Source of the DNA: Methanobacteriota archaeon
GTDB lineage: Archaea > Undinarchaeota > Undinarchaeia > Undinarchaeales > Undinarchaeaceae
Assembly: GCA_002687935.1 (NCBI GenBank)
Contig: NZBN01000002.1
Span: 102,592-166,591, forward strand
DNA length: 64,000 nt
Reading direction: 5' to 3'
Under the pieces are notes generated by a model that was not told the origin of the DNA, did not search any database, and was given only the letters and a program-made list of their open reading frames with translations. The number at the start of each line of letters is the position of its first letter. Position 1 is the first letter of the stretch. Positions 45,674 through 58,425 of this stretch are shown here, piece after piece. Position numbers and translations under genes: made by a program.

Positions 45674-46294
45674 ATGTCTGATAAAGAAATTGAAGTCCAG
45701 GTTGATAAGCAGAGTCTAAAAAGTGGAATTTTTGGAGGTTTAATAGCATCTATGTGCTGTATCAGTCCTCTAGTTATAGTCATGTTCAGTCTCGGAAGCG
45801 TGACTTTTGCCCTGGCGATTGCGACGTATAAAATATGGTTTATTGTTGCAGGAGCTCTGTTTTCAGGAACTGTCATTTTGTACCAGCTTCAGAAAAGAAA
45901 TAGCTGCAATATAAAAGGAATCAAACGAAATAAGTCACTAATAATAACAGCATTTTTGACTTTTGCAGTGGTGTATTCAATTTCCATTTATGGTATTGTA
46001 CCTGTTGTCGCTCCACTTGTTTTTGAATCAGGAGGAGTTGAATTAGATAAAGAAAGTGGTGAGCTCTATGAGATGACATTCACAGTAGGAGAACTGAATT
46101 GTGCAAGTTGTGAGTCAGGAATCAAGTGGTATCTTGAAAATCAAGTGGATGGAGTCTTCAGTGCAGAAGTGACACCTTCAGGAGCAGTTAAGGTAATCTA
46201 TGATTCAGAGACAATTGATGCAGAAGGAATAATTGAATCTGAAGTCTTTGACAATTACCCGCCAATGGAAATAAATGAAAACAAAAGACTATAG
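45674..46294 (+). CDS. MerT-like membrane domain fused to heavy-metal-associated (HMA) domain
   Basis: ASMCCISPL in TM1, three TM, then MTFTVGELNCASC. Confidence 0.8.
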   Translation: MSDKEIEVQVDKQSLKSGIFGGLIASMCCISPLVIVMFSLGSVTFALAIATYKIWFIVAGALFSGTVILYQLQKRNSCNIKGIKRNKSLIITAFLTFAVVYSISIYGIVPVVAPLVFESGGVELDKESGELYEMTFTVGELNCASCESGIKWYLENQVDGVFSAEVTPSGAVKVIYDSETIDAEGIIESEVFDNYPPMEINENKRL

Positions 46295-46514
46295 TGGAAC
46301 AGAAAGGCAGTGGCTTGTTTTAGCTGCTATTTTTTCTTTATCTGTTTTTTCTCTTCATTTTTTTACCGGAGTTCCGTCCTCCTTTGAAGCAGAATCCATA
46401 GATGATGCTCTTTTTATGAGCGAAAACTGTCCAGCTTATGAAAGGTTTTTCTATGAGGAGAGTAATATAAAGTGGCAGGAAAGTGAACGCAAAAATATAC
46501 CGCAAATCTCTTGA
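46275..46514 (+). CDS. Small hypothetical membrane-anchored protein
   Basis: One hydrophobic segment; overlaps both neighbours. Confidence 0.45.
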   Translation: MKTKDYSGTERQWLVLAAIFSLSVFSLHFFTGVPSSFEAESIDDALFMSENCPAYERFFYEESNIKWQESERKNIPQIS

Positions 46515-47454
46515 AGAGTACAAGATAAAGAAATTCTTTGATACTCTGGAGAGATATGAAAATGATACACATCTTCTTCCAATTGGGGAAAGAATAGAAA
46601 ATCTTCAGGAACTCAGTAGAGTTGGAAGCGTCTCGCTTGAAGTTCTCAAAGGAGAAAAAAACTGGAAAGGATATTTACGAGAAACACGAGGAAGAGGAAG
46701 GAAGTATTACAAACATTTCCCGCGGATAAAAAGATTTTTGAATATAGAAAAAGTTGCATACAGGCTTAAAAAATTTCTCTTGGAAATAGAAGAGGAACTC
46801 AAGCTAGCAAACGAGATTCTGGAGGATATGGAGCGTATTTTTTTGAAATATGGAGCAAGACTTAAGAAACGGAAAATAGAAGAAATAACTGTTCCGCCTT
46901 CTCTCAGGTCGGTAAAACTTCCTATAGGAAAACACCTGCCACAGAGCGAATTGGTAAAGAGGAACATACTGTGCCTTTCCAGTAAAGATACCGATGAGTG
47001 GTACGAGAAGGTTATAAAAAAGTTTGAGACGAATATGAGGAAAACTCATGGGAGATTTTCACTTTCTTCTTCAAAGATTCCACTGACAGATATTGAGCAT
47101 AGACACGTTAAAGAACACAAAGCCTTCGCATTCACACAATACGGAATTGCCAAAAAACTTATGACTGTAGATTATATTCAGCTTGTAATATATTACTTAA
47201 AGGGAGTAAAACCGTCAAATACAGGGTACCTTTACGCTGGCTCAAGATCACCAAGAAAAGCGAATATTCACAAAGCAGAATTATTGCTTCTGTATCATTT
47301 ATTAAAAATTGCTGAGGAAGGCAAAGTAAAGGAAATTAAAATAAGCCTGCATACAAGAAGAGAAGGGCAGGGGGAAGGAATTTTTCCTGTGTACGAGGAA
47401 GTAAAAACAGCCGCTACAGAGATAGAGGGAAATTGGGTAATTTTTAGGACCTGA
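46483..47454 (+). CDS. Hypothetical basic protein
   Basis: 323-aa K/E/R-rich ORF, no recognised motif. Confidence 0.7.
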   Translation: MNAKIYRKSLEEYKIKKFFDTLERYENDTHLLPIGERIENLQELSRVGSVSLEVLKGEKNWKGYLRETRGRGRKYYKHFPRIKRFLNIEKVAYRLKKFLLEIEEELKLANEILEDMERIFLKYGARLKKRKIEEITVPPSLRSVKLPIGKHLPQSELVKRNILCLSSKDTDEWYEKVIKKFETNMRKTHGRFSLSSSKIPLTDIEHRHVKEHKAFAFTQYGIAKKLMTVDYIQLVIYYLKGVKPSNTGYLYAGSRSPRKANIHKAELLLLYHLLKIAEEGKVKEIKISLHTRREGQGEGIFPVYEEVKTAATEIEGNWVIFRT

Positions 47455-47490
47455 GCAAAGCATTATAAATTATATCACTTTAGTCCAGAT

Positions 47491-47610
47491 ATGACAGGAA
47501 AGCATTATGTCTGCGAAGACTGTGAATATCAAGGAGACGGTCCCGGAGATTGTGCAAAATGTGGAAAGTCCCTGCAAGAAAAGAAAGGGGAAATCTGCGA
47601 ATTTTGCTGA
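47491..47610 (+). CDS. 39-aa Cys-rich metal-binding peptide (not in ORF track)
   Basis: MTGKHYVCEDCEYQGDGPGDCAKCGKSLQEKKGEICEFC; three CxxC pairs; TATA-like TTATAAAT about 25 nt upstream. Confidence 0.7.
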   Translation: MTGKHYVCEDCEYQGDGPGDCAKCGKSLQEKKGEICEFC

Positions 47611-47690
47611 AGGAGCTTCACTAAAGCCAAATAAAGGCTATTCTTAATTTAAGGCGTAATTAATATAAAACTCAAATTCTTAGTGGATTT

Positions 47691-47942
47691 ATGGAAGAAA
47701 CTGAAAAAGTAACTGAGCCGACAATGTTTGTCGAGGTAGAAGTAAAGTGCAAGAACTGTAATCATCTCGACAAGGTTCACGTGCCAGTAGTTTGTGGAGT
47801 CGATAAAACAAGTAGTGACAAAACTCTGTACTGTGATTTAGCCGGAGATTTGAAAGACTATGCACCTAAGTGCACAGAATGTGGCAAAAGGGATTACGCA
47901 GTAGAGAAAGAACCTATATTTATCGGAGCAGGCGGCTCCTAA
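47691..47942 (+). CDS. Small Zn-ribbon protein
   Basis: CKNC...CTECG. Confidence 0.65.
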   Translation: MEETEKVTEPTMFVEVEVKCKNCNHLDKVHVPVVCGVDKTSSDKTLYCDLAGDLKDYAPKCTECGKRDYAVEKEPIFIGAGGS

Positions 47943-48370
47943 TCCCGAACTATAAGAGTTCCACTCATTCCGCCGTGACCAGAGCCACAGAATACTGAGC
48001 AACGGAATGTGAACTCCCCAGATTTGTCAGCGATAAATTCGACACTTAGTGTTTCTCCGGAAGGAATTTGCTCATTTACACCAAAATCGGGCAGACTGAA
48101 ACCGTGTGTTGTGTCCTCACTTGTTATTGTGAGACGAACTGTATCTCCTTTCTTGATGGTTATTTCTCCGGGGGTGAAACTAAACTTCTTTGCAGTCAGT
48201 GAAAACTCTTTTACTTCTCCTTGGAAAGTTGCTTCTTCAGACGGTGAATCTGAAACAGGCGCAACTTCTTGTATATTTTGAGTACTTTGTGACTCCGTCG
48301 AAGAGCCAGTACATCCGCTTACAATAAGTACAATAGAAAGAATAAGAACCATTAATATTTTATTTGCCAT
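47939..48370 (-). CDS. Lipoprotein cupredoxin with CuA-type ligand set
   Basis: Lipobox VSGC; TTHGF...FTFRCSVFCGSGHGGM. Start re-called at 48370. Confidence 0.88.
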   Translation of the reverse strand: MANKILMVLILSIVLIVSGCTGSSTESQSTQNIQEVAPVSDSPSEEATFQGEVKEFSLTAKKFSFTPGEITIKKGDTVRLTITSEDTTHGFSLPDFGVNEQIPSGETLSVEFIADKSGEFTFRCSVFCGSGHGGMSGTLIVRD

Positions 48371-48405
48371 AAATTTTGAAATACAGCATAGGTTTAGATA
48401 ATTAA

Positions 48406-48573
48406 CTACTTGTTCCCGCGCTTCTTTGGCCTTAATTGCTTTCTCTTGCATTCCCTGCACTTTGCCTTTCCAAGCCTGAAGCGTCTTATATCAACACGGT
48501 TAGTTGCATTGCAATTCATGCATATGTAGACATTGTCAAAAAGGGCTTTCATAGCCTCTGGGAACTTTGCCAT
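48406..48573 (-). CDS. rpl40e: 50S ribosomal protein L40e (55 aa, not in ORF track)
   Basis: MAKFPEAMKALFDNVYICMNCNATN...KCRECKRKQLRPKK. Confidence 0.9.
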   Translation of the reverse strand: MAKFPEAMKALFDNVYICMNCNATNRVDIRRFRLGKAKCRECKRKQLRPKKRGNK

Positions 48574-48616
48574 AACTCTATTTTACTGTAAGAGGAGCCT
48601 TTTAAAGCTTTCTGAC

Positions 48617-51051
<2,435 letters not shown>

Positions 51052-51111
51052 CTATAAGATGCCTACAAACAAAACTACCACTCCCACGCATATAATTAAG
51101 AGTTCAGAGAG

Positions 51112-52605
51112 CTATTTAAGTTTAGTGGCTTTTCTGTTGAAAGGAAGTGACATTATAGATTTGAAAAGGTCTTTTTCCTTCCTGTTAAAAACACCGATTA
51201 CATATGCTGAAGCCCCAAACACTGCACAGCCAAGTAAGATTGTCAGAAGTTTTGAAACTACATTAACAGGGTGTATGAAAGCGATAGATAGTGCCATTAT
51301 TCCTGCAGAAACAAGTATGTGTGGAATTTTCATATACTTATAGTCAAATCTTACCAAGGTCCTCGAAGGATAAAAGACCAAGACCGCTATTACGAAATAG
51401 CTGATTACTGTCGCAATCGCAGCACCATGCATTCCATAGAGAGGTATCAGAAACAAGTTAAATGCTATATTGAGAAGAGCTCCAAAGGTATATGCAAGAC
51501 CTATAAATTTCGTCCTGCCATTTATCATCAAAACATTGGTTCCGATTGCTCCGATAAGAGCGAATAGAGGGAAGGCCATCAGACTTGCAACAAGCGGTAC
51601 AGAGGCGAGGAAGGCTTTTCCGGAAAGAAGTGTTATAAGTTCAGAACCGAGTAGGTAAGCTCCGACAGTTCCAGGAACGAGAACGAGAAGTCCATATTTC
51701 AGCGCAGCACTTACATAGAGGGCATATTTTTTCCCATTTGTAACTCTACTCTCAGAAAAATAAGGGAGAAGAACATTATTGGGAGCATTTCCGAGATTGA
51801 ATATCAGACTGAAAAGCGCATAAGGAACTGCATAGAGTCCGACGAGCTCAACTGAGCCAAGATAATTCAGTATGTATCTGTCACTCGTCATTATGACCCA
51901 GGTCATAACAGACATCAGTATCAGAGGCATACCGAAAAGGAAACCTTGTTTTGCAGCGCCAAAATTAATTCCACCATCTCCGATAAATAAAGCAATATCT
52001 GAACGGCTTTCCCATATAAAGATAAAAAGTACAGCCAGATTAGAGAAGAGCCATATCATAAGGACATCTGTCAAAGAAATAGACCTGTATACGGCAAAGA
52101 AAGCCAAGAGGAAAACAACCCATCCTTTTCCTCGCATAAAACCCAGAAAATTTGAGAAATTTATTCTTTGTTTTGCCTTGAAATAGAATTCATATACAAC
52201 AATAAGAGTTGCAGTGAAGGTGATGAAAAGACTGAGTGAGAATAGTTCGGAATGCCCGCTCAGTTTGTTAAATTCAAGGAACCAGGACCGGAGAGGAGTA
52301 AAATAGAAGACCAGCAGAACCGAAGATAGGAAAAGAAGTTCAAACGCCAGAATTGAATGAAAAACCTGTGACCACTTCTTTTTTGGCAGTTCCGGAAGAC
52401 GCGCGACAAGATATTGAGACAATCCCGGCTGAAGCAAAAGAGAAAGCAGGGAAATTAGAGCAACAAGGAGCATGAAAACTCCATAGAGCTCAACCCCAAG
52501 TGTCCTTGTTAAAAGGATTATTAAAATTGGACTTAGAACAAGATTGAGAGCTATGATAAAATAGGAAAAGGCAACTTCTCCGCTTATTTTTTGGGATTTA
52601 CTCAT
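51112..52605 (-). CDS. Oligosaccharide flippase (Wzx/MOP family)
   Basis: About 14 TM, LGVELYGVF, DRYILNYLGSVELVGLY, LIPLYGMHGAAIAT. Confidence 0.88.
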   Translation of the reverse strand: MSKSQKISGEVAFSYFIIALNLVLSPILIILLTRTLGVELYGVFMLLVALISLLSLLLQPGLSQYLVARLPELPKKKWSQVFHSILAFELLFLSSVLLVFYFTPLRSWFLEFNKLSGHSELFSLSLFITFTATLIVVYEFYFKAKQRINFSNFLGFMRGKGWVVFLLAFFAVYRSISLTDVLMIWLFSNLAVLFIFIWESRSDIALFIGDGGINFGAAKQGFLFGMPLILMSVMTWVIMTSDRYILNYLGSVELVGLYAVPYALFSLIFNLGNAPNNVLLPYFSESRVTNGKKYALYVSAALKYGLLVLVPGTVGAYLLGSELITLLSGKAFLASVPLVASLMAFPLFALIGAIGTNVLMINGRTKFIGLAYTFGALLNIAFNLFLIPLYGMHGAAIATVISYFVIAVLVFYPSRTLVRFDYKYMKIPHILVSAGIMALSIAFIHPVNVVSKLLTILLGCAVFGASAYVIGVFNRKEKDLFKSIMSLPFNRKATKLK

Positions 52606-52697
52606 CGCAAATTGTTAAGGAAGCGTAGTATAAAAATGATAGGATACCGTAGCCTCGCGGGATTTCGTTTAAAATATTTAGGATGCCACATATCAAT

Positions 52698-53810
52698 ATG
52701 AAGCTAGTGTTATTGTTGCTACTCGCCATTGTTGCAGTCAGTGGCTGTATATCTTATTCAGAAGATATTGAAAATGCAGAGCAAGAAATTGCCTTAGTCC
52801 TTGAAGAAATTGACATCAGTATAGATGTAGGTTCTTGTTGGAAAACAGAGGAAAGTTTGGAAGTAAGTTATTTTGGAAAGTACGCAATTATTGAAGAGGA
52901 AATAAACCTATATTTTAAAGGAGAGCCTGCGAACAACAATTATATTGATATTCTTGAAAAGGAGGAGAGATTGGAAAATATACTGCTCAAAGAGATAGCA
53001 AAGAAAGGATTTTTTGGATTGGGGCTAAAAAAAGACTATGAGATATATGGAAAGACTGAACATTATATTGACCTGGAACAGGGGAAATTTGTAACAAAGT
53101 CAGGAGAATTTTTAGAAAATAGCCCAAAGAAAGGTGAATTAGGAAAGGAAGATTGGAGACCTATGTTCTCCCTACTTCTTGGATGTTATGATCTTTCAGA
53201 ATGTTCTCCGAAAAGAAACGCAAGGTGCGTAGATGCACTTTTGAATGATAGTTTCTTTGTAAACAAACTTGAAATTATTGAGCCAAATTATAAAAAAATA
53301 TTAAATAAGCCATTTGGATGTTGGACAGATGACGAATGCAAAGGAGGAGAGACCTGCATAAGCAGGGCAGATTCTATGTGGCTTTATGGAAAGTGTAAGG
53401 AAATAAAAAAACAAAGAGGAATAAGAAATCCTGTTAAAGGTCAGAGTAAAATTGAAGAATGGATATACAGCACCGGAGAGCTCACAGCAAACAGTATGCC
53501 TTTGCTTGAACTCTATGTAGATGACAGAGATATAATTGAATGTGACTCACTTGAAAATCAGACTTCGGCAGAAAGGCTTTATTGTGGAATTGCCCGCTTT
53601 GCAGGAGTATACGACGTACTTGGAACCACCCTATCTGTCCTTACACTTGGGCACAGCACAGGTCCTGTCGAACTCATCGACGGACTCCTATCTAAAATAA
53701 AGATATTTACAAAACAACGCGCTAAGCAGAGCAGAAGTCATCAGAATCAAACTAAGAGCAATCATAACTTTCAGAATTATCGAAAAACCCTGCAATTTCA
53801 TAATGTGTAG
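52698..53810 (+). CDS. Hypothetical Cys-containing lipoprotein
   Basis: MKLVLLLLLAIVAVSGC lipobox; CWTDDECKGGETC module; C-terminus overlaps the convergent gene. Confidence 0.7.
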   Translation: MKLVLLLLLAIVAVSGCISYSEDIENAEQEIALVLEEIDISIDVGSCWKTEESLEVSYFGKYAIIEEEINLYFKGEPANNNYIDILEKEERLENILLKEIAKKGFFGLGLKKDYEIYGKTEHYIDLEQGKFVTKSGEFLENSPKKGELGKEDWRPMFSLLLGCYDLSECSPKRNARCVDALLNDSFFVNKLEIIEPNYKKILNKPFGCWTDDECKGGETCISRADSMWLYGKCKEIKKQRGIRNPVKGQSKIEEWIYSTGELTANSMPLLELYVDDRDIIECDSLENQTSAERLYCGIARFAGVYDVLGTTLSVLTLGHSTGPVELIDGLLSKIKIFTKQRAKQSRSHQNQTKSNHNFQNYRKTLQFHNV

Positions 53811-54390
53811 AGAAGTCGCACCCTTCCTCAATACATCTGTAAATTGAGAACATATCATTTGTAGTTGGATCCAGCTGTAGCCAGTATCCATCTATATTTA
53901 CAGACACCCATGCATGACTGTAATCATCGATTTCATTTCCATAAACAACATAAGATTCGAAACCTGCTCCCTTAAGAAGGGAAACAAGAGCAACTGATTT
54001 GTCAGCACAGTCTCCATCCATAGACTTTAAAATATCCTCTGTTTCTCTCCACTCTGAATATCGTACGTAGGGCATGTTTGAAATATAGTCAAACATACCT
54101 TCCACATTCTCCATCTGAGAGCCTGTTGATAGTTCAGATGCGACCATTAATGCAGTTGGTCCTGAAAGATGGATATTTTTTGTTCTTGAGCGGAATATGC
54201 CGCCAGACTCACAGTCCTCTGTCTGTTCAAGATAAAGTGAACTAAAGGCCTCTTTGTTTGCAGACCATTCATATTCCGCTTCTGATACTGAATTTGTAAT
54301 TGGTGCTATAGCTGCCGATTTCTCCACAGAAATTCCAAAAAACAACATAGGAGCTACCAATAAAGCGACGATTAACAGTATATTCTTCAT
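53752..54390 (-). CDS. Exported transglutaminase-like cysteine protease
   Basis: GDCADKSVALVSLL, HAWVSV, LQLDPT (Cys-His-Asp triad). Confidence 0.88.
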   Translation of the reverse strand: MKNILLIVALLVAPMLFFGISVEKSAAIAPITNSVSEAEYEWSANKEAFSSLYLEQTEDCESGGIFRSRTKNIHLSGPTALMVASELSTGSQMENVEGMFDYISNMPYVRYSEWRETEDILKSMDGDCADKSVALVSLLKGAGFESYVVYGNEIDDYSHAWVSVNIDGYWLQLDPTTNDMFSIYRCIEEGCDFSTHYEIAGFFDNSESYDCS

Positions 54391-54454
54391 TTGTTACTAC
54401 TCCAGAGTGATTAATACCTTATAAGCATTTCTATAAAGGAAAAATAGAAGAAAA

Positions 54455-55369
54455 TTATTCCAAAAACTCAAGAGAATCCACAGTTCCGTCGGAGTCGGCA
54501 TCTATGCCCTCTACGACTTTTGCGAAAATTTTCGGCTTTGAGGCATTGCCTTTTTCTATTGTTTCAAGATGCTCAACAAGTGCAATAGTTGCGGCTCTTG
54601 TTCCAGAATATCGCTTTCCTGCAAGAACAAGAACATGCTTATCTTTCTTATAGGGGTTGGGAAAACGGACTATCAGACCTGTTTCATCTGCAGAATATTT
54701 TTTCTTTGTTATTGATGAATAGATATCCTTTGTCTTGAAATCGAATCTTATTGGCATTTTTGCATTGAAACGCTCCGTTATTTTATTGACTACAGGACCT
54801 CCAAGGAGAATAAGATTTTTCCGCAAATCCTCTGACCGAAGTTCAGTATCCAGACGGACATTTGTCTTGCTGGCATAATTAAGGAAGGTCCCCAAAAAGA
54901 GAGCCACATCTATTCCGTAAAAACCGTCTCGGCTCCGTGACCTTTCAGGACCGTGTGCGTGTGGGCTACCGATTATTATATTGGCATTTAGAGAACCATC
55001 TTTGATGAAGGGTTCGAGAAATTCGCTTTTGCGTTCTTCTGAAAGCTTTCCAGTCCGAACTGGATCCTTGAAGCGAACAAAAAAGGAAGGGCGAGATAGA
55101 GTATAGTACTTTGCAGTTGCACCCTGACGAGATTCTTCACCACTTACATCAACAACTCCATTTTTAAGAAAATTCTTTATATGGTAGTAAACTTTTTGCT
55201 CGTGAACGCCAAGGCGCTCCGCTATTTCCTTTGGATAACTGGAACCTTCAGAGAGAAGGTTTAATATTTTAGACGCTAGAGGGGAGCCCATTACCTTCAG
55301 ATTTTCACAACTGAGCTCCTTTGCAGGAAGCGTATAAAGGCCCCCATCTTTCTTTTCTACAAGGTACAT
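54455..55369 (-). CDS. ArsR-type HTH regulator fused to S-layer C-terminal-like domain
   Basis: YPKEIAERLGVHEQKVYYHI; NLILLGGPVVN...LVLAG...GTRAA. Confidence 0.75.
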   Translation of the reverse strand: MYLVEKKDGGLYTLPAKELSCENLKVMGSPLASKILNLLSEGSSYPKEIAERLGVHEQKVYYHIKNFLKNGVVDVSGEESRQGATAKYYTLSRPSFFVRFKDPVRTGKLSEERKSEFLEPFIKDGSLNANIIIGSPHAHGPERSRSRDGFYGIDVALFLGTFLNYASKTNVRLDTELRSEDLRKNLILLGGPVVNKITERFNAKMPIRFDFKTKDIYSSITKKKYSADETGLIVRFPNPYKKDKHVLVLAGKRYSGTRAATIALVEHLETIEKGNASKPKIFAKVVEGIDADSDGTVDSLEFLE

Positions 55370-55463
55370 GAAGGCTATATTTCAGAAGTAGTATATAAAT
55401 TTTTTAGTGGTGTTATAAATTTTTTAATAATGCTTATAAGGAGCCCCAGAGTAAGCTAAGAAT

Positions 55464-57185
55464 ATGTGCGGAATAATAGGCTATATTGGAAAGAGGAAGG
55501 CTTCAGAATTGCTTCTGAAAGCTCTGGAGCGCCTGGAATACCGCGGTTATGATTCCATAGGGATTGCAGTGGTGGGAGAGGGCTTGGAAATACTTAAAGA
55601 CCGAGGAGAAGTCTCAGAGGTTTCCAAGACCCTCAATTTCACCACATTAGAAGGTAATTCAGGGATAGGTCATACAAGGTGGGCCACACATGGAGCACCG
55701 ACACAGGAAAACGCACACCCACTAACAGACTGCAATGAAAAAATTGCAGTAGTTCATAATGGGATTATAGAGAATTACTCTGAATTGAGAAAAGAACTTG
55801 AAGATAATGGTCACAAATTTAAATCAGAAACAGACACGGAAGTAATTGCGCACCTTCTTGAAAATAAGAACTTGCCAGAAGTTCTCGATATGTTAAAAGG
55901 TTCTTATGCAATCGTTGCAATTAAGAAAGATGAGCCCGATAAACTTCTTTTCGCAAGAAACAGGTCACCCTTAATAATAGGCTTAGGAGCTGGAGAAAAT
56001 TTCATCGCCTCAGACATACCAGCTTTTCTGAAGGAAACTAATAAAGTAGTGGTACTCGAAAATGGTGACTATGGATATGTCAAGAAAGAGTCCTATGAAA
56101 TAAATAATGTAGAAGGTTCAGCAGACAGGAAAGTTCAGGAAATAAACTGGAATTCGGAAGCTGCAGAGAAGGAGGGGTATGAGTATTTTGCCCTCAAGGA
56201 AATTCACGAAATACCGAGAACTACTGAAAACACTATGAAAGCACTGGAGGATTTGAAACCATATGCTGAAGAAATACGAAAATACAGCAGAATTATGTTT
56301 ACTGCATGTGGAACTTCCTACCACACGGCTCTTTATGGAAAATATCTTTTCAACAGTATTGGAATCAGGACGGAAGCAGTCATAGGTTCTGAATTTTCTT
56401 CTGTGACGATTGGAAAAGATGACCTAGTTATAGCAATATCACAATCAGGAGAAACCGCAGATACACTGTCTGCAGTTGAAAAGGCAAAACAGAGAGGCGC
56501 CAAAATTTTGTCCATATCTAATGTTCTTGGAAGTTCTCTTGAGCGAGAGGCAGATTTTTCAATACATACTCTTGCAGGTCCGGAAATAGCAGTTATAGCA
56601 ACGAAGACTTTCTCTGCACAGATGCTTAGTCTATACTTACTCTATAAAATGATAAAGGGAGAAAAACCTGAAACAGGACTTGAAAAAATGCAGAGAACTG
56701 TTCTGAAACTCGACGCTGAAATCAAGAAAATTGCAGAGAAAATACAGAAAAAAGAAAATGCATATTTCATAGGCAGGGGAATTGGTTATCCACTCGCTAT
56801 GGAAGGTGCGCTTAAACTAAAAGAAATCAGCTATATGCATGCGGAAGGAATGCCGGCAGGAGAACTGAAACATGGGACGCTTTCCCTCATAGAAAAGGGA
56901 ACACCTGTAATTGTCCCACTTCTCCCCGAAATGTATGACAAAACGATTTCAAATATGGAAGAAGTTAAGGCACGGGGAGGACTTATAATAGCACTCTCCT
57001 GGGAAGGGGATGAAAGAGTAGGAGATGTGGCCTCAGAAGTTCTCAGAGTTCCCAAAACAGGGAACGAAGAATATCCGCTTCTTTATATTCTGATTCTGCA
57101 ACTGCTTGCATACCACGTAACTGTCTTGAGAGAGCTGTCGCCGGACAAACCAAGAAATCTTGCCAAATGTGTAACAGTGGAATAA
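55464..57185 (+). CDS. glmS: Glutamine--fructose-6-phosphate aminotransferase
   Basis: MCGIIGY, LEYRGYDS, GHTRWATHG, SQSGETAD, AGELKHG, DKPRNLAKCVTVE. Confidence 0.97.
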   Translation: MCGIIGYIGKRKASELLLKALERLEYRGYDSIGIAVVGEGLEILKDRGEVSEVSKTLNFTTLEGNSGIGHTRWATHGAPTQENAHPLTDCNEKIAVVHNGIIENYSELRKELEDNGHKFKSETDTEVIAHLLENKNLPEVLDMLKGSYAIVAIKKDEPDKLLFARNRSPLIIGLGAGENFIASDIPAFLKETNKVVVLENGDYGYVKKESYEINNVEGSADRKVQEINWNSEAAEKEGYEYFALKEIHEIPRTTENTMKALEDLKPYAEEIRKYSRIMFTACGTSYHTALYGKYLFNSIGIRTEAVIGSEFSSVTIGKDDLVIAISQSGETADTLSAVEKAKQRGAKILSISNVLGSSLEREADFSIHTLAGPEIAVIATKTFSAQMLSLYLLYKMIKGEKPETGLEKMQRTVLKLDAEIKKIAEKIQKKENAYFIGRGIGYPLAMEGALKLKEISYMHAEGMPAGELKHGTLSLIEKGTPVIVPLLPEMYDKTISNMEEVKARGGLIIALSWEGDERVGDVASEVLRVPKTGNEEYPLLYILILQLLAYHVTVLRELSPDKPRNLAKCVTVE

Positions 57186-57222
57186 GACAAGTTATTTAAC
57201 ATAAACGAGTTTATGCAATTTT

Positions 57223-58425
57223 ATGGCAACCGACCTACTGCTAGCGGTAACTTATTTCGCAACCCTTCTTGGATTTGGAGTATTTGTCATGGGATATGCA
57301 GAACGCTGGAAAATACCTCCTGCCTTTTTTCTGCTTCTTGTGGGACTGTTTTTTGGACCGACAATTCTGAATCTTGTCAGCGTCCCGAAGATGGGAGATG
57401 TACCTGACTTTCTGAGAATTCTTTCCTTGGTAATAATAGTCTTTGCTGGAAGCTTCCATCTTAAATTGAGCACTTTTAAAAAAGTGTCCAGAATGGCAAT
57501 AAAATTGGCATTTGTAGGATTTGTAGTATCTGTAATATCTCTTGGAGCTGCCGCGCACTGGATATTTGATATGAGCTGGGCGTCCAGCCTCATTTTGGCT
57601 TCAATAGTAGGAGGAACCTCATCCGCTGCTATATTTACATTTAAGAAGGCACTTGGGGGTTCTGAAGCACTTTCCATACTAACGGTTGAATCCATATTCA
57701 CAGACCCACTTACAGTTCTTGTTCCTGTACTTCTAATGAATGCATTTATGTCAGGTGCAATACAGAGCTCGACACAATTCCTTGGCAGTTTCTGGCAGAT
57801 GATTTCAGCAGGAATTGGAACAGGAATAATTATTGGTTTCCTTGCAGCAGAGCTCTTCAAGCGAGAGGAGCGGGAGCTTTCACCAATATTGAGCTTCGCT
57901 ATAGCAATGATAACTTATTCTCTGGCAAGAAATGTTGGAGGCTCAGGAATACTTGCTGTCGCAATATGTGCAATAATACTCGGTAACAGGAATATACCAT
58001 TCAAAAAGGACATACTGAAATTTGAAGACTCTATGTCTACAATACTGACAATATCTGTATTCACCTTACTTGGAGCTCAGATAGACCTGATTTTAGAGAG
58101 TGCTATTTTACTGAAGAGCCTTCTGTTCATAATTATAACAATATTCGTAGTCAGACCAATTATGACCTATACAATACTTTACAAAGACAAAGTTCCGAAA
58201 CGAGATCTTTTCCTGATAGCATTTACAGGTCCAAGGGGAGCGGCTTCAGCGGCCGTCGCTGCAATGCCAATAGCATATGCAGCCCAGTATGGAGCAGAGG
58301 CTTTTGTAACTGAAGCCCAGACCATATTACTTGTGACCTTCCTTGTGATACTGGCGACACTATTTTCAAGCACAGTGGTTGATTATGTTTATTCAAAAAT
58401 TTTCGGACACAGGACTAAGCCCTAA
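57223..58425 (+). CDS. CPA1/NhaP-type cation:proton antiporter
   Basis: About 12 TM, LTVESIFTDP, GSGILAV, FTGPRGAASAA. Confidence 0.88.
   Translation: MATDLLLAVTYFATLLGFGVFVMGYAERWKIPPAFFLLLVGLFFGPTILNLVSVPKMGDVPDFLRILSLVIIVFAGSFHLKLSTFKKVSRMAIKLAFVGFVVSVISLGAAAHWIFDMSWASSLILASIVGGTSSAAIFTFKKALGGSEALSILTVESIFTDPLTVLVPVLLMNAFMSGAIQSSTQFLGSFWQMISAGIGTGIIIGFLAAELFKREERELSPILSFAIAMITYSLARNVGGSGILAVAICAIILGNRNIPFKKDILKFEDSMSTILTISVFTLLGAQIDLILESAILLKSLLFIIITIFVVRPIMTYTILYKDKVPKRDLFLIAFTGPRGAASAAVAAMPIAYAAQYGAEAFVTEAQTILLVTFLVILATLFSSTVVDYVYSKIFGHRTKP

Noticed and set aside
47608-47634. Selenocysteine readthrough after CEFC-TGA
   Set aside because: Only 7 uninformative codons follow; no SECIS-like element or Sec machinery is seen.
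53700-53810. Functional overlapping-gene system at the lipoprotein/transglutaminase junction
   Set aside because: The 59-nt convergent overlap encodes a low-complexity tail best explained by stop-codon drift.
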